Positions 10,134-19,241 of a stretch of 64,000 nt of DNA are shown piece after piece. Below the pieces are notes generated by a model. The model did not search any database. It was not told the origin of the DNA and saw only the letters and a program-made list of their open reading frames with translations. The stretch is from Abditibacteriaceae bacterium (GTDB taxonomy: Bacteria > Armatimonadota > Abditibacteriia > Abditibacteriales > Abditibacteriaceae), in the NCBI GenBank assembly GCA_965277285.1, contig OZ255721.1:1184001-1248000 (forward strand). Direction: 5' to 3'. Position 1 is the stretch's first letter. Each line of letters begins with the position of its first letter. Made by a program: the position numbers and the translations under genes.

Positions 10134-10670
10134 TTAATTGAGCAAAGCGTTCGCTTTCTTCAAAAAATCGCGCGCCGAGTCCACTGTTTCGCGCTCATAC
10201 TTGCGGCCTTTGTTGCTGTAAGATGAACGCAATATTGCATCGGCGTAAGTCCACAAAACCAATTTGCTTTTGTCGAAGTAGAAAAAGTCGTAAGATGGCG
10301 GCGCAATTTGGCTGGCGCCGTCCCAGATAGAGGATTTTTCATGAAGCGGTTTAACATAGAACTTCTCGGTGCGCCGCACAAAAAACAAAGCGCCTTTGGC
10401 AAAGTAAAACTCTTCGCTTGTGCGACTATAATCGCTCAGATACAACGCGACGATTTTGCGCACCGCGCCCTTTTCGCTATAAGCCATCAAGTTGCCGCCT
10501 TCACTCGAATAGCCAGACAAAGCGGCTTCAACTTTGGTGAAACGTTTTAAATCGCGGTCGATCTGTAGGCGTTGCGGACGAGCCGACACTATAATCTGCT
10601 CTGGCGTTGCGGCGCAGACAAATCGAGTACTCGAAAGCGCCAACAGCAAAGCGAGAACATTTCTTTTCAT
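10134..10670 (-). CDS. Secreted hypothetical protein inserted in the rib operon
   Basis: Signal peptide-like N-terminus; fills the gap between ribE and ribBA. Confidence 0.65.
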   Translation of the reverse strand: MKRNVLALLLALSSTRFVCAATPEQIIVSARPQRLQIDRDLKRFTKVEAALSGYSSEGGNLMAYSEKGAVRKIVALYLSDYSRTSEEFYFAKGALFFVRRTEKFYVKPLHEKSSIWDGASQIAPPSYDFFYFDKSKLVLWTYADAILRSSYSNKGRKYERETVDSARDFLKKANALLN

Positions 10671-10686
10671 AGCGAAACCTTGCTTT

Positions 10687-11295
10687 TCAACCGACTTTTT
10701 GCGCCCATTTCGTCATGTGATCGACGTATTTGGCGATGATGTCCACTTCGAGATTGACTTGCGCCCCTTCGTCCCAATTGTTCGCTGTCGTCACGTCGCG
10801 CGTGTGCGGAATCAAGGCGACGCTGAAACGATTGTAAGCAGCGTTGGCGACCGTTAAAGAAACGCCATCAATGCAAATCGAACCTTTTTCGACAATGAAT
10901 TTCATCACGGCGAACGGCGGCTCGAAGGTCGTCCACCAACCTTCGCCTTCGACGCGCGAACCGACGACCGTTCCCACTCCATCGACATGACCTTGCACGA
11001 TGTGTCCGCCCAAACGCGCCGTCGCCAAAAGCGCGCGCTCCAGATTGACGCGACTTCCCACTTTTTGTCGCCCCAAAGTTGTGCGGCGCATTGTTTCTTC
11101 GACCGCTTCCACGACGAACGTGCGCTTCGAGTACTCGATAACCGTCAAACACACGCCGTTGACCGAAATGCTTTCGCCGATTTGCGCGTCGCTCAGCCAG
11201 GCATCGTCTTCGACGCCTATGGTCAGGCGCCGCGACTCGCCGACTTCTTCCAGCTTTTCGATGGTTCCAATGCGTTCAATTAAACCTGTAAACAT
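10687..11295 (-). CDS. ribE: Riboflavin synthase alpha chain
   Basis: MFTGLIE start, GESISVNGVCLTV, GGHIVQGHVDG, KGSICIDGVSLTV. Confidence 0.97.
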   Translation of the reverse strand: MFTGLIERIGTIEKLEEVGESRRLTIGVEDDAWLSDAQIGESISVNGVCLTVIEYSKRTFVVEAVEETMRRTTLGRQKVGSRVNLERALLATARLGGHIVQGHVDGVGTVVGSRVEGEGWWTTFEPPFAVMKFIVEKGSICIDGVSLTVANAAYNRFSVALIPHTRDVTTANNWDEGAQVNLEVDIIAKYVDHMTKWAQKVG

Positions 11296-11306
11296 TTTCG
11301 GGTTCG

Positions 11307-12425
11307 CTACATAGTTTCGTGCGTGTAACCTTGAATCAAAACATCGCCGTCCAAACTTTCGGTTTGAACATCGCTCAATCGCAACGCTTGCGATAGAGTT
11401 GCGGTTCCCATCGACGGAATTGCGTTCAAGCCGTCGCCGCCAAGGATCAACGGCGCCACGAAGAACGCGATTTTGTCCACGTTGCCGCTTTTCAACGCGC
11501 TGGCCGCGATCTGCGCGCCGCCTTCAATCAAAACGCTGTAAATTCTTTCGTCAATCAAAGCGCGCCATAAGTGCGACAAATCAACGCGACCACTTTCGTC
11601 TTGGGTCAATTCGAGTACTCGAACGCCGCGCGTTTCCAGTTCGGTTCGCTTGTCACGCGGCATTTGCGCCGTTGTCGCAACCAGAACTTTCGCGCCGTTG
11701 TCGTTCAACATTTTCGCGTCGAGCGGAATGCGTCCGCGTGAATCGACAACAATGCGTTGCGGCTGTTTCCAGCGGCCTTCCAGACGAACATTGAGTTGCG
11801 GATCATCGGCGAGCAGTGTTTCGATGCCGACTAAAACGGCGTCGTGTTCGTGACGCATTTGGTGCGCGCGACGGCGACTTTCGCTGTTCGTAATCCATTG
11901 CGAATCGCCGGTTTTGGTGGCGATTTTTCCATCCAGCGAAGCCGCGCATTTCAAGGTGACAAAGGGCAAACCGGTGATAATCGTCTTCAAGAAATGATCT
12001 TGCGCTCGAATACATTCCTGGCGCATGAACTCGCCGACGACTTCGATTCCCGCAGCCTGCAACTGGCGAACGCCACGCCCGTTGATTTCGGGATTGGGGT
12101 CGCGCACGCCGTAAACCACGCGCGCAATTCCGGCTTCAATCAAAGCGTTGGTACACGGCGGCGTCGTTCCATAATGCGAACACGGCTCGAGCGTCACATA
12201 TGCTGTTGCGCCGCGCGTTTCCAAACCGTTCTGGCGCGCTTCGTTGAGGGCGACGACTTCGGCGTGCGGGTTTCCGTCGCCAGGCTGCGTGTGTCCGCCG
12301 CCGATGATTGCGCCGTTTTGGACGAGAACGCAGCCGACGCTGGGACGCGGACTTGTCCAGCCGCGACCGCGTGCGCTGTAACTTAAAGCGGCGCGCATTC
12401 CTGCTTGGTCGTTAAGAATCGTCAT
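11307..12425 (-). CDS. ribD: Riboflavin biosynthesis deaminase/reductase RibD
   Basis: PHAE, TLEPCSH.G.TPPC, SLDGKIA, SQWIT, LIEGG. Confidence 0.96.
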   Translation of the reverse strand: MTILNDQAGMRAALSYSARGRGWTSPRPSVGCVLVQNGAIIGGGHTQPGDGNPHAEVVALNEARQNGLETRGATAYVTLEPCSHYGTTPPCTNALIEAGIARVVYGVRDPNPEINGRGVRQLQAAGIEVVGEFMRQECIRAQDHFLKTIITGLPFVTLKCAASLDGKIATKTGDSQWITNSESRRRAHQMRHEHDAVLVGIETLLADDPQLNVRLEGRWKQPQRIVVDSRGRIPLDAKMLNDNGAKVLVATTAQMPRDKRTELETRGVRVLELTQDESGRVDLSHLWRALIDERIYSVLIEGGAQIAASALKSGNVDKIAFFVAPLILGGDGLNAIPSMGTATLSQALRLSDVQTESLDGDVLIQGYTHETM

Positions 12426-12861
12426 TGGGGGAAGTTCGAGTACTCGATTGTCGCTTTTGCGCGGCGCTTTGCAGCACTTCGGCAAACTTTTGTTGCCGTC
12501 GCTCGCTTTGGATTTGACGTTCGCGCGCGGTTTGTTTCAGGTCGAGCAGCAGTAAAATCAGCGCGGGAATGAGCAGGCAAAAGGCGCCGCCGACGGTGAA
12601 CAGAAAATGTCGCGCCTGTTCTTTCAATTGCGGCGTGCGTTGTGTGCCGACTGGCCACAACCAGACTACGGCGTAAAAGTTAGTGCCGAAAATCAACAAC
12701 CAAAACGCAGCGGAAACTAAACGCAAGCGTAACTGCCGCGACATCGGAACATTGTCGCCGCGGCTGACACGCGCAGTTTCCCACCACGCGCCGCATAAAA
12801 TGGCGAAGAACCCGATGGCGCACAAGGACGCAAAAACCGCGCGAGACGAAGAAACATTCAT
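12412..12861 (-). CDS. Hypothetical membrane protein (3 TM)
   Basis: Three hydrophobic segments; overlaps the ribD start. Confidence 0.55.
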   Translation of the reverse strand: MNVSSSRAVFASLCAIGFFAILCGAWWETARVSRGDNVPMSRQLRLRLVSAAFWLLIFGTNFYAVVWLWPVGTQRTPQLKEQARHFLFTVGGAFCLLIPALILLLLDLKQTARERQIQSERRQQKFAEVLQSAAQKRQSSTRTSPNDDS

Positions 12862-12911
12862 CGCAAAAACCCGATTTCATTATAACGCGACGGCTTCCCA
12901 AAGGAATTAAT

Positions 12912-13072
12912 CCGCCAAGACGCCAAGTCCGCCAAGTCCGCCAAGTCCGCCAAGTCCGCCAAGTCCGCCAAGTCCGCCAAGAAAGATAGGAAAAAAGATA
13001 AGAGAAATGATACTGTTGCAACTTTCGAGTACTCGATTTCATTTTCTTGGCGCTCTTCGCGTCTTGGCGGTT
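12912..13072. repeat. Inverted repeat element (CCGCCAAGACGC...GCGTCTTGGCGG) with a 9-bp tandem expansion (CGCCAAGTC x6+)
   Basis: Six perfect 9-mers at 12921-12974 plus a partial unit; complementary arm at about 13046-13072. Confidence 0.85.
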
Positions 13073-13108
13073 CATTTTTCAACGTCTTTCCAGCGTTTGC
13101 GCTAAACT

Positions 13109-14929
13109 TTGCGCGTGAACAACGGCTATAACCAAGAATTAATACGCAACTTCTCCATTATCGCGCACATCGATCACGGCAAAAGCACGCTCGCCGACCG
13201 CATGTTGCAGATGACCAACGCCGTCGCCGACCGCGACATGAAAGAGCAAATGCTCGACTCGATGGATCTCGAACGCGAGCGCGGCATCACCATCAAAGCC
13301 AGCGCCGTGCGTTGCGATTACACCGCGCGCAATGGCACGACTTACGTTTTCAACCTTATCGACACGCCTGGACACGTCGATTTCGGCTACGAAGTTTCGC
13401 GCGCATTGGCGGCTTGCGAAGGCGCGCTTTTAGTCGTCGATGCCAGTCAAGGCGTCGAAGCGCAAACTGTGGCCAACGCACATCTGGCGATTATGAGCGA
13501 CCTGACGATTATTCCAGTACTCAATAAGATTGACCTTCCGGGCGCCGATCCCGACCGCGTGATTTCCGAAATCGAAGAGATCGTCGGCTTGCCTGGCGAA
13601 GACGCGATTTTGGCCAGCGGCAAAAGCGGCATCGGCGTCGAAGACATCTTCGAGGCGATTGTCGAACGCATTCCCGCGCCCAAAGGCGATAAAAACGATC
13701 CGTTGCGCGCACTCATTTTCGATTCGAGTTACGACGCGTATCGCGGCATCATCGTTTATATCCGCATCATGGAAGGCACCATTCGCGCTGGCGAAGAAGT
13801 GCGCTTGATGGGCGGCGAACATCGTTTTGAACTGACCGAACTCGGCGTTTTTCGCCCTAAAATGACGGCTGTGCAAGAACTTTCCGCCGGAGAAACTGGC
13901 TATCTTGTCGCAGGCATTAAAGATGTGGCGGATGTGCGCATCGGCGACACGGTAACGAGTACTCGAAACCCTGCCAAAGAAGCGCTTCCCGGCTACCGCG
14001 AACCCAAGCCGATGGTTTTTTGCGGATTGTATCCTGTCGAATCGAACGAGTTTGAAGATTTGCGCGATGCTCTGGACAAACTGCGCTTAAACGACGCGTC
14101 GCTTTCTTATACGGCGGATTCTTCGCCTGCCTTAGGCTTCGGTTTTCGCTGCGGATTTTTAGGCTTGCTGCACATGGACATCGTGCAGGAACGCTTGGAG
14201 CGCGAATACAATTTGACGCTGATTGCGACCGCGCCCAGCGTGGTTTATCGCGTGACGCGTACCAGCGGCGAAGTCTTCGAGATCGATAATCCGGCGAAAA
14301 TGCCTCCCTCGAACGAAGTCGAGAAAGTCGAGGAACCGACAGTCACGGCGACGATCATCGTGCCGCCGGAATATGTCGGGCCGTGTCTGGAATTGTGCGA
14401 AAGTCGTCGCGGCGTCCACAAAGGCATGGAGTTTTCGAGTTCGGGCGGACGCGTCACCATCACTTATATTCTGCCGCTGTCGGAAATGATCATGGACTTT
14501 TTCGACCAGTTGAAAAGCCGCACGCGCGGTTACGCTTCGCTCGATTACGAACTGGCCGAATATCAGGCTGGGCCGCTGAACAAGCTGGATATTCTGCTGA
14601 ACGGCGAAATCGTCGACGCGCTGAGTTTCATTTGTCACCGTGACCAGGCGCACAAGCGCGGCAAAGTGATGTGCGAAAAATTGAAGGAATTGCTGACGCG
14701 CCAGCAGTTTCAAATCAAGATTCAAGCGGCCATTGGCGCCAAGATTGTGGCCAGCGAACAATTGTCGGCGATGCGCAAAGACGTGACCGCCAAATGTTAC
14801 GGCGGCGACATTTCGCGCAAGCGCAAGCTACTGGAAAAGCAGAAAGAAGGCAAAAAACGCATGAAGCAAGTCGGTAGCGTCGAAATCCCGCAGGAAGCGT
14901 TTCTCAGCGTGTTACGCGTCAACGATTGA
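13109..14929 (+). CDS. lepA: Elongation factor 4 (LepA)
   Basis: [56 protein letters not shown]. Confidence 0.99.
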   Translation: MRVNNGYNQELIRNFSIIAHIDHGKSTLADRMLQMTNAVADRDMKEQMLDSMDLERERGITIKASAVRCDYTARNGTTYVFNLIDTPGHVDFGYEVSRALAACEGALLVVDASQGVEAQTVANAHLAIMSDLTIIPVLNKIDLPGADPDRVISEIEEIVGLPGEDAILASGKSGIGVEDIFEAIVERIPAPKGDKNDPLRALIFDSSYDAYRGIIVYIRIMEGTIRAGEEVRLMGGEHRFELTELGVFRPKMTAVQELSAGETGYLVAGIKDVADVRIGDTVTSTRNPAKEALPGYREPKPMVFCGLYPVESNEFEDLRDALDKLRLNDASLSYTADSSPALGFGFRCGFLGLLHMDIVQERLEREYNLTLIATAPSVVYRVTRTSGEVFEIDNPAKMPPSNEVEKVEEPTVTATIIVPPEYVGPCLELCESRRGVHKGMEFSSSGGRVTITYILPLSEMIMDFFDQLKSRTRGYASLDYELAEYQAGPLNKLDILLNGEIVDALSFICHRDQAHKRGKVMCEKLKELLTRQQFQIKIQAAIGAKIVASEQLSAMRKDVTAKCYGGDISRKRKLLEKQKEGKKRMKQVGSVEIPQEAFLSVLRVND

Positions 14930-14937
14930 GATTTGGC

Positions 14938-14971
14938 AACGAACTCGAAGCGGATACGCTTCGGGTTCGTT
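14938..14971. repeat. Short hairpin of REP family B (AACGAACTCGAAGCG-GATA-CGCTTCGGGTTCGTT), likely lepA terminator
   Basis: Hairpin followed by a T-tract; arm matches family B. Confidence 0.7.
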
Positions 14972-15180
14972 AGTTTTTGACTTGCCGATGAGGTTGATTT
15001 ATGTGGTTCAGAAAAATTTTATTGCCACTTGCTTTCTTTTTGTGGCGTTTTGTTCTACAATAGTGTGGCGAACGAATTGGTGTTCGCAAATGTTTCAAAT
15101 TGTCGAATGAGTAGGCGTTGGAAAAAGCATCTCGGTGACTTTGACGGCGCACGTTCACGGCAGCACAGGAAAAGTGTTTC

Positions 15181-15387
15181 ATGGCAAAAGGTACAGTGAA
15201 GTGGTTCAACGACTCGAAGGGCTTTGGCTTCATCGAGCAGGAAGATGGCGGCGAAGATGTTTTCGTCCATCACAGCACGATTCAGTCGGACGGTTATCGT
15301 TCGCTGCAAGAAGGCGCTAAAGTCGAGTTCGATGTCAACAAAGAAGACAAAGGCCTGCGCGCCGCAAACGTCAAAGTCATCGGCTAA
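15181..15387 (+). CDS. cspA: Cold-shock protein
   Basis: [25 protein letters not shown] motifs; exact paralog uncertain. Confidence 0.93.
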   Translation: MAKGTVKWFNDSKGFGFIEQEDGGEDVFVHHSTIQSDGYRSLQEGAKVEFDVNKEDKGLRAANVKVIG

Positions 15388-15404
15388 TTTTTAGCTCAAA
15401 CTTT

Positions 15405-15443
15405 CTTCCCATCAGGCTTCGGCTTGGTGGGAAGTTTCGTTTA
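15405..15443 (+). terminator. Probable intrinsic terminator after csp
   Basis: CTTCCCATCAGGC-TTCG-GCTTGGTGGGAAG followed by TTT. Confidence 0.65.
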
Positions 15444-15448
15444 TGGGA

Positions 15449-15560
15449 CAGCGAATGAATTCGCCGCCAGAAAAAGGTGTCGGTCTTCACCGACACAACT
15501 TCAAGTTGCTTTGTGTCAACGGAGGTTGACACCTTTCTCTGGCGGCGAATTCATTCGCTG
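15449..15560. repeat. REP/REPIN-like long hairpin, family C
   Basis: CAGCGAATGAATTCGCCGCCAGAAAAAGGTGTC ... GACACCTTTCTCTGGCGGCGAATTCATTCGCTG (33-bp arms, 1 mismatch). Confidence 0.8.
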
Positions 15561-15599
15561 GCTTCGGAACAATCGAGTACTCGAAAGGAAAAGATCGCC

Positions 15600-16463
15600 A
15601 TGAAGAAATCGTTTTTCCACATCGCCGCTGTTGCTTTTACAACTTCCGCCTGGATAGTTTCCGGCTGCCACGCATCAACTTCCAACGCGACGAAAATCGC
15701 TGTTCCACAGATTAAGCCGTTGCCCTTCGACACCATTCCAGCGCGTGGCGGCGTCATCAAAATTACGCCGATTATTCACGCCAGCATTCAAATCGAATAT
15801 GCGGGGAAAGTTATTTTAGTCGATCCAATTGGTGCAGGAACGTATCACAAAAAAGCCGATTTGGTTTTGATCACGCATTTTCATCCCGATCATTACGACC
15901 CGAACACGATTGCGAAAAACAGCAAACCCGCAGCGATTATTATCCTGCCGTCGAACTCGCAATCTGGTGCAGCGAGCAACGCGATTAATGCCTTGGGGCG
16001 CGGCCAGGTTCAATCGCTCTCAAACAACGGCACAGGAAAAATAGGCGGCATCGTTATTACCACGTTCCCGATGTACAACATCGTGCGCGGCCCGAAACCT
16101 GGTCAGAAATTTCATCCCAAAGGCGATGGTAACGGTTACATTCTCACACTTGGCGGCAAGCGCATTTACATCGCGGGTGATACCGAAGTGACGCCGGAGA
16201 TGCGAGCGCTCAAAAACATCGACGCCGCGTTTATTCCGATGAATTTGCCATATACGATGACGCCGCAGGAAGCTGCCGTTGGCGTGCGCGCGTTCAAGCC
16301 CAAAGTCGTTTATCCGTATCATTTCCGCTATCCGTTCAATCAGCCGAACGACAATCCCCAGCAGTTCATTCAAGCGATGAAAGGCAGCGGCGTGAGCGTT
16401 CGAGTACTCGATTGGTACAATGCGGCTCCCGTCGCGCGCTTTATGGCGGCCAATAAGCCCTGA
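15600..16463 (+). CDS. MBL-fold metallo-hydrolase, putative lipoprotein
   Basis: THFHPDH, YIAGDT, PMNLPYTM, YPYH; signal peptide ending VSGC. Confidence 0.88.
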   Translation: MKKSFFHIAAVAFTTSAWIVSGCHASTSNATKIAVPQIKPLPFDTIPARGGVIKITPIIHASIQIEYAGKVILVDPIGAGTYHKKADLVLITHFHPDHYDPNTIAKNSKPAAIIILPSNSQSGAASNAINALGRGQVQSLSNNGTGKIGGIVITTFPMYNIVRGPKPGQKFHPKGDGNGYILTLGGKRIYIAGDTEVTPEMRALKNIDAAFIPMNLPYTMTPQEAAVGVRAFKPKVVYPYHFRYPFNQPNDNPQQFIQAMKGSGVSVRVLDWYNAAPVARFMAANKP

Positions 16464-16506
16464 AAACAAACACCGTCTGTCTTAATAAATTATCGTGTTT
16501 GGTCAC

Positions 16507-16546
16507 AACGACCCGCTCCTGCTTTGTTCGCAGGGGCGGGTTCGTT
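16507..16546 (+). terminator. Probable terminator hairpin
   Basis: ACCCGCTCCTGC...GCAGGGGCGGGT. Confidence 0.55.
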
Positions 16547-16690
16547 GTACTGATTTCGCATAGCCAATATAGCCAATTTCTCGCAGTCGCACGCGCGAAT
16601 TAGCTAAATCAATATAGCAACGGAATTCTATGGCCTTAACTGTCTATGCATTTCTTTGACAAAAAAATTCTTTAATTAATGCTCCAAAAA

Positions 16691-16748
16691 TGTTTGAACT
16701 TTCAAACAAATGGGTATATATAACCTAAGACGTTTAACCGGTTAAACG
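16691..16748 (+). promoter_or_regulatory. Promoter/operator region of the LacI gene: sigma70-like TTGAAC-N17-TATATA, inverted repeat TGTTTGAA-CT-TTCAAACA and perfect palindrome CGTTTAACCGGTTAAACG
   Basis: AT-rich region; the 18-bp palindrome with central CG (16731-16748) is typical of LacI-family operators. Confidence 0.7.
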
Positions 16749-16772
16749 AATGCTTGAAGGAAGGGTTCTCTT

Positions 16773-17807
16773 TTGAACACCAAGCGATCAACAATCAAAG
16801 ATGTGGCTCAAGTTTGCGGTGTGTCGGTGGCGACGGTTTCCTATGTCATCAATGGAACGCGCGTGTTAAAGCCGGACACACGCGAGCGCGTTTTGAAGGT
16901 GATGGAGGAGATGGATTACCATCCCAGTGCGGTGGCGCGTGGTCTTTCCTCCAAGCGTGTTTATACGATTGGGATCCATTGCGGAGTGCTGCAGGCCGCG
17001 GAATTTATTACGAATTCCTACGGTGCGGGTCTTCTGGCAGGCGTTCTGGATCGTGCTTCGCGGGAAGGGTTCGATGTCACGATCTTTACGACCCAATGGC
17101 AAAGCGTGCGAAAATCGGCGCCTTCGTTGCGCGATGGTCGCACCGATGGGATTTTAGTGATCGCGCCGCCCATATCGGCGGATACGTTTGAAGGTTTGGT
17201 ATCGCTTGGGCGGCCTTTGGTAGCGATCTCGGCACCATCGCATCGCGGTATTCCGGTGGTGGATGTGGATAATTACGCGGGAGCAAAAATGGCGGCGCGT
17301 CATCTCATTGAGTTGGGACACAAGCGCATTGCGGCGATTTTGGGCGATACCGATTTGACTTCTTTTGCGCCGCGCCATGCCGGATTTTGTGACGCTCTGG
17401 AGGAAGCTGGCTTGCCGCAAAAATCCGAGTGGATCGTACCCTCGCGCTTCGATGGCTCCTTGGCCTTCGAGCAAACCCAGACGTTGTTGCGGTCCAGGGA
17501 ACCGCCAACCGCTATTTGTGCAGGAAACGATACCATCGCTATGGTGGTTATTGATGCGGCGCGCAGTAGCGGCGTGCGCGTTCCGCAAGAGCTTTCCGTG
17601 GTGGGTTTCGACGATATGCCTTTGGCAACAATTGTCACTCCGAACCTGACCACGATTCGACAGCCGCTCCGTGACATTGGCGACTGCGCGACGACCCTGC
17701 TCATAGAGCGCGTACAAAAACACGCTCTGGCAAACGACGAGAAAGTTTGCTTACTTGCCCCGGAACTTATTGTGCGCGGCTCCACTTCAACCGCTCCACG
17801 CTCTTAA
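16773..17807 (+). CDS. LacI-family transcriptional regulator
   Basis: [42 protein letters not shown]. Confidence 0.96.
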   Translation: MNTKRSTIKDVAQVCGVSVATVSYVINGTRVLKPDTRERVLKVMEEMDYHPSAVARGLSSKRVYTIGIHCGVLQAAEFITNSYGAGLLAGVLDRASREGFDVTIFTTQWQSVRKSAPSLRDGRTDGILVIAPPISADTFEGLVSLGRPLVAISAPSHRGIPVVDVDNYAGAKMAARHLIELGHKRIAAILGDTDLTSFAPRHAGFCDALEEAGLPQKSEWIVPSRFDGSLAFEQTQTLLRSREPPTAICAGNDTIAMVVIDAARSSGVRVPQELSVVGFDDMPLATIVTPNLTTIRQPLRDIGDCATTLLIERVQKHALANDEKVCLLAPELIVRGSTSTAPRS

Positions 17808-17854
17808 TTTCCAAATTTGGTTTCCCGTTAAAGGGTTACAAGGAGAGAAAAACC

Positions 17855-18643
17855 ATGAAAACGTTACACGCCAGCCGTACCAACCGCACACGTCAGACGG
17901 GCTTCACGCTCATCGAACTACTTGTCGTCATCGCCATCATCGCCATTCTCGCAGCGATTTTGTTTCCAGCCTTCGCCAAAGCGCGCGAAAGCGCCCGTCG
18001 CGCCAGTTGCTCCAGCAACGAAAAGCAGATCGGCTTGGCCATCCTACAGTATGCGCAGGAATGGGACGAGCATTACCCGATGCGCTACGAACAGAACCAT
18101 GGATGGGATCAGACGATTCAGCCCTACCTGAAAAGCGTAGACCTTTTCAAGTGCCCTTCCAATACAAACTCGGCGTTGCCCCTCAGCTTGGCAGTTGATG
18201 GCTTTCCGCAAGTCAACCGTTCCTACGAAGGCAACGAGCGCATCTTTGGTGAATCTTGGGCAACGGGAGCCTTATCAATCGCCGCAGTCGATGCTCCAGC
18301 CACCAAAATCATGGTTGGCGAGAGCAACACGTTTTATGGCTACATGTATCCTGACTGGAGCAACGCTGCTAACAACAACATTCCGACTACCGGATTTGCA
18401 GGTCACCTGGGTACTTGGAACTGCTTGTTCGCTGACGGTCATGTGAAGTCACTGCGTCCGACACAGACTGGGACACCTATCAATATGTGGGGCGCTTTTA
18501 ACGACAATACAGTAGGCACTGACTGCAAGATGGACCACGACGCCACCAACCCTTGGAAAGATCCTTACACGGGTATCAACTGCGATCAGGTTTCGCCCGG
18601 AGTGTTGACTGGCTTGCAACAGCTTGAGGCCAAATATCAGTAA
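17855..18643 (+). CDS. Prepilin-type N-terminal cleavage / DUF1559 / H-X9-DG protein
   Basis: [65 protein letters not shown]. Confidence 0.93.
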   Translation: MKTLHASRTNRTRQTGFTLIELLVVIAIIAILAAILFPAFAKARESARRASCSSNEKQIGLAILQYAQEWDEHYPMRYEQNHGWDQTIQPYLKSVDLFKCPSNTNSALPLSLAVDGFPQVNRSYEGNERIFGESWATGALSIAAVDAPATKIMVGESNTFYGYMYPDWSNAANNNIPTTGFAGHLGTWNCLFADGHVKSLRPTQTGTPINMWGAFNDNTVGTDCKMDHDATNPWKDPYTGINCDQVSPGVLTGLQQLEAKYQ

Positions 18644-18827
18644 CCCCAAATTGCGGGCTTTGTAATTGCCGAATATTACAACAGACCGCAGAAAGTTGCT
18701 TCGCTGCAAATTTAGCTGATGGCTCAATTGATGTGCCAGAATCGAAGAGGGACTTGAACTGTAGGCGGTTCAAGTCCTCTGTTCATACTTAGTTCCACTC
18801 ATTGACGTAAAACCAAAAGGAATTTTC

Positions 18828-19118
18828 ATGGCATCGACTCATTACCATTCCAGCCACAAAACATCGCAGATTATGGCCACGCGGCAAGGTTCGAGTACTC
18901 GAATTGCAGCGACTGCCCTGTCTTTGCTCGGCCTGCTTGCTCTCGGTGGTTGCTCGCACGGAGCAGATTCCGCAGGCGCTGCTGTCGACACGAACGATCC
19001 CATGGCGCGCGCTCAGGCTGTGCAGTCGATCCCTGGCATCCCACCTCAGGCCAAACAACAAATGATGCAAAGCGCTCAGGCACAAGCAGCCGCGCAACCA
19101 GCACCCAAGCCGCAATAG
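18828..19118 (+). CDS. Small putative lipoprotein
   Basis: Hydrophobic stretch with LGGC lipobox and Gln/Ala-rich tail. Confidence 0.6.
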   Translation: MASTHYHSSHKTSQIMATRQGSSTRIAATALSLLGLLALGGCSHGADSAGAAVDTNDPMARAQAVQSIPGIPPQAKQQMMQSAQAQAAAQPAPKPQ

Positions 19119-19241
19119 CGTCGTATTAAATTCTTGTGCAAAGCCATTGGGCGCCAAGCCGATCTGACATCTTCAAAGCTGTTATCGAGTACTCGATAAC
19201 AGCTTTTGACGACATGACGGCAGGAATTTGGGAAAACACCG

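Noticed and set aside
12680..13082. ORFs with WRTWRT / LADLAD repeats
   Set aside because: These are translations of the 9-bp tandem repeat element, with no sign of real coding.
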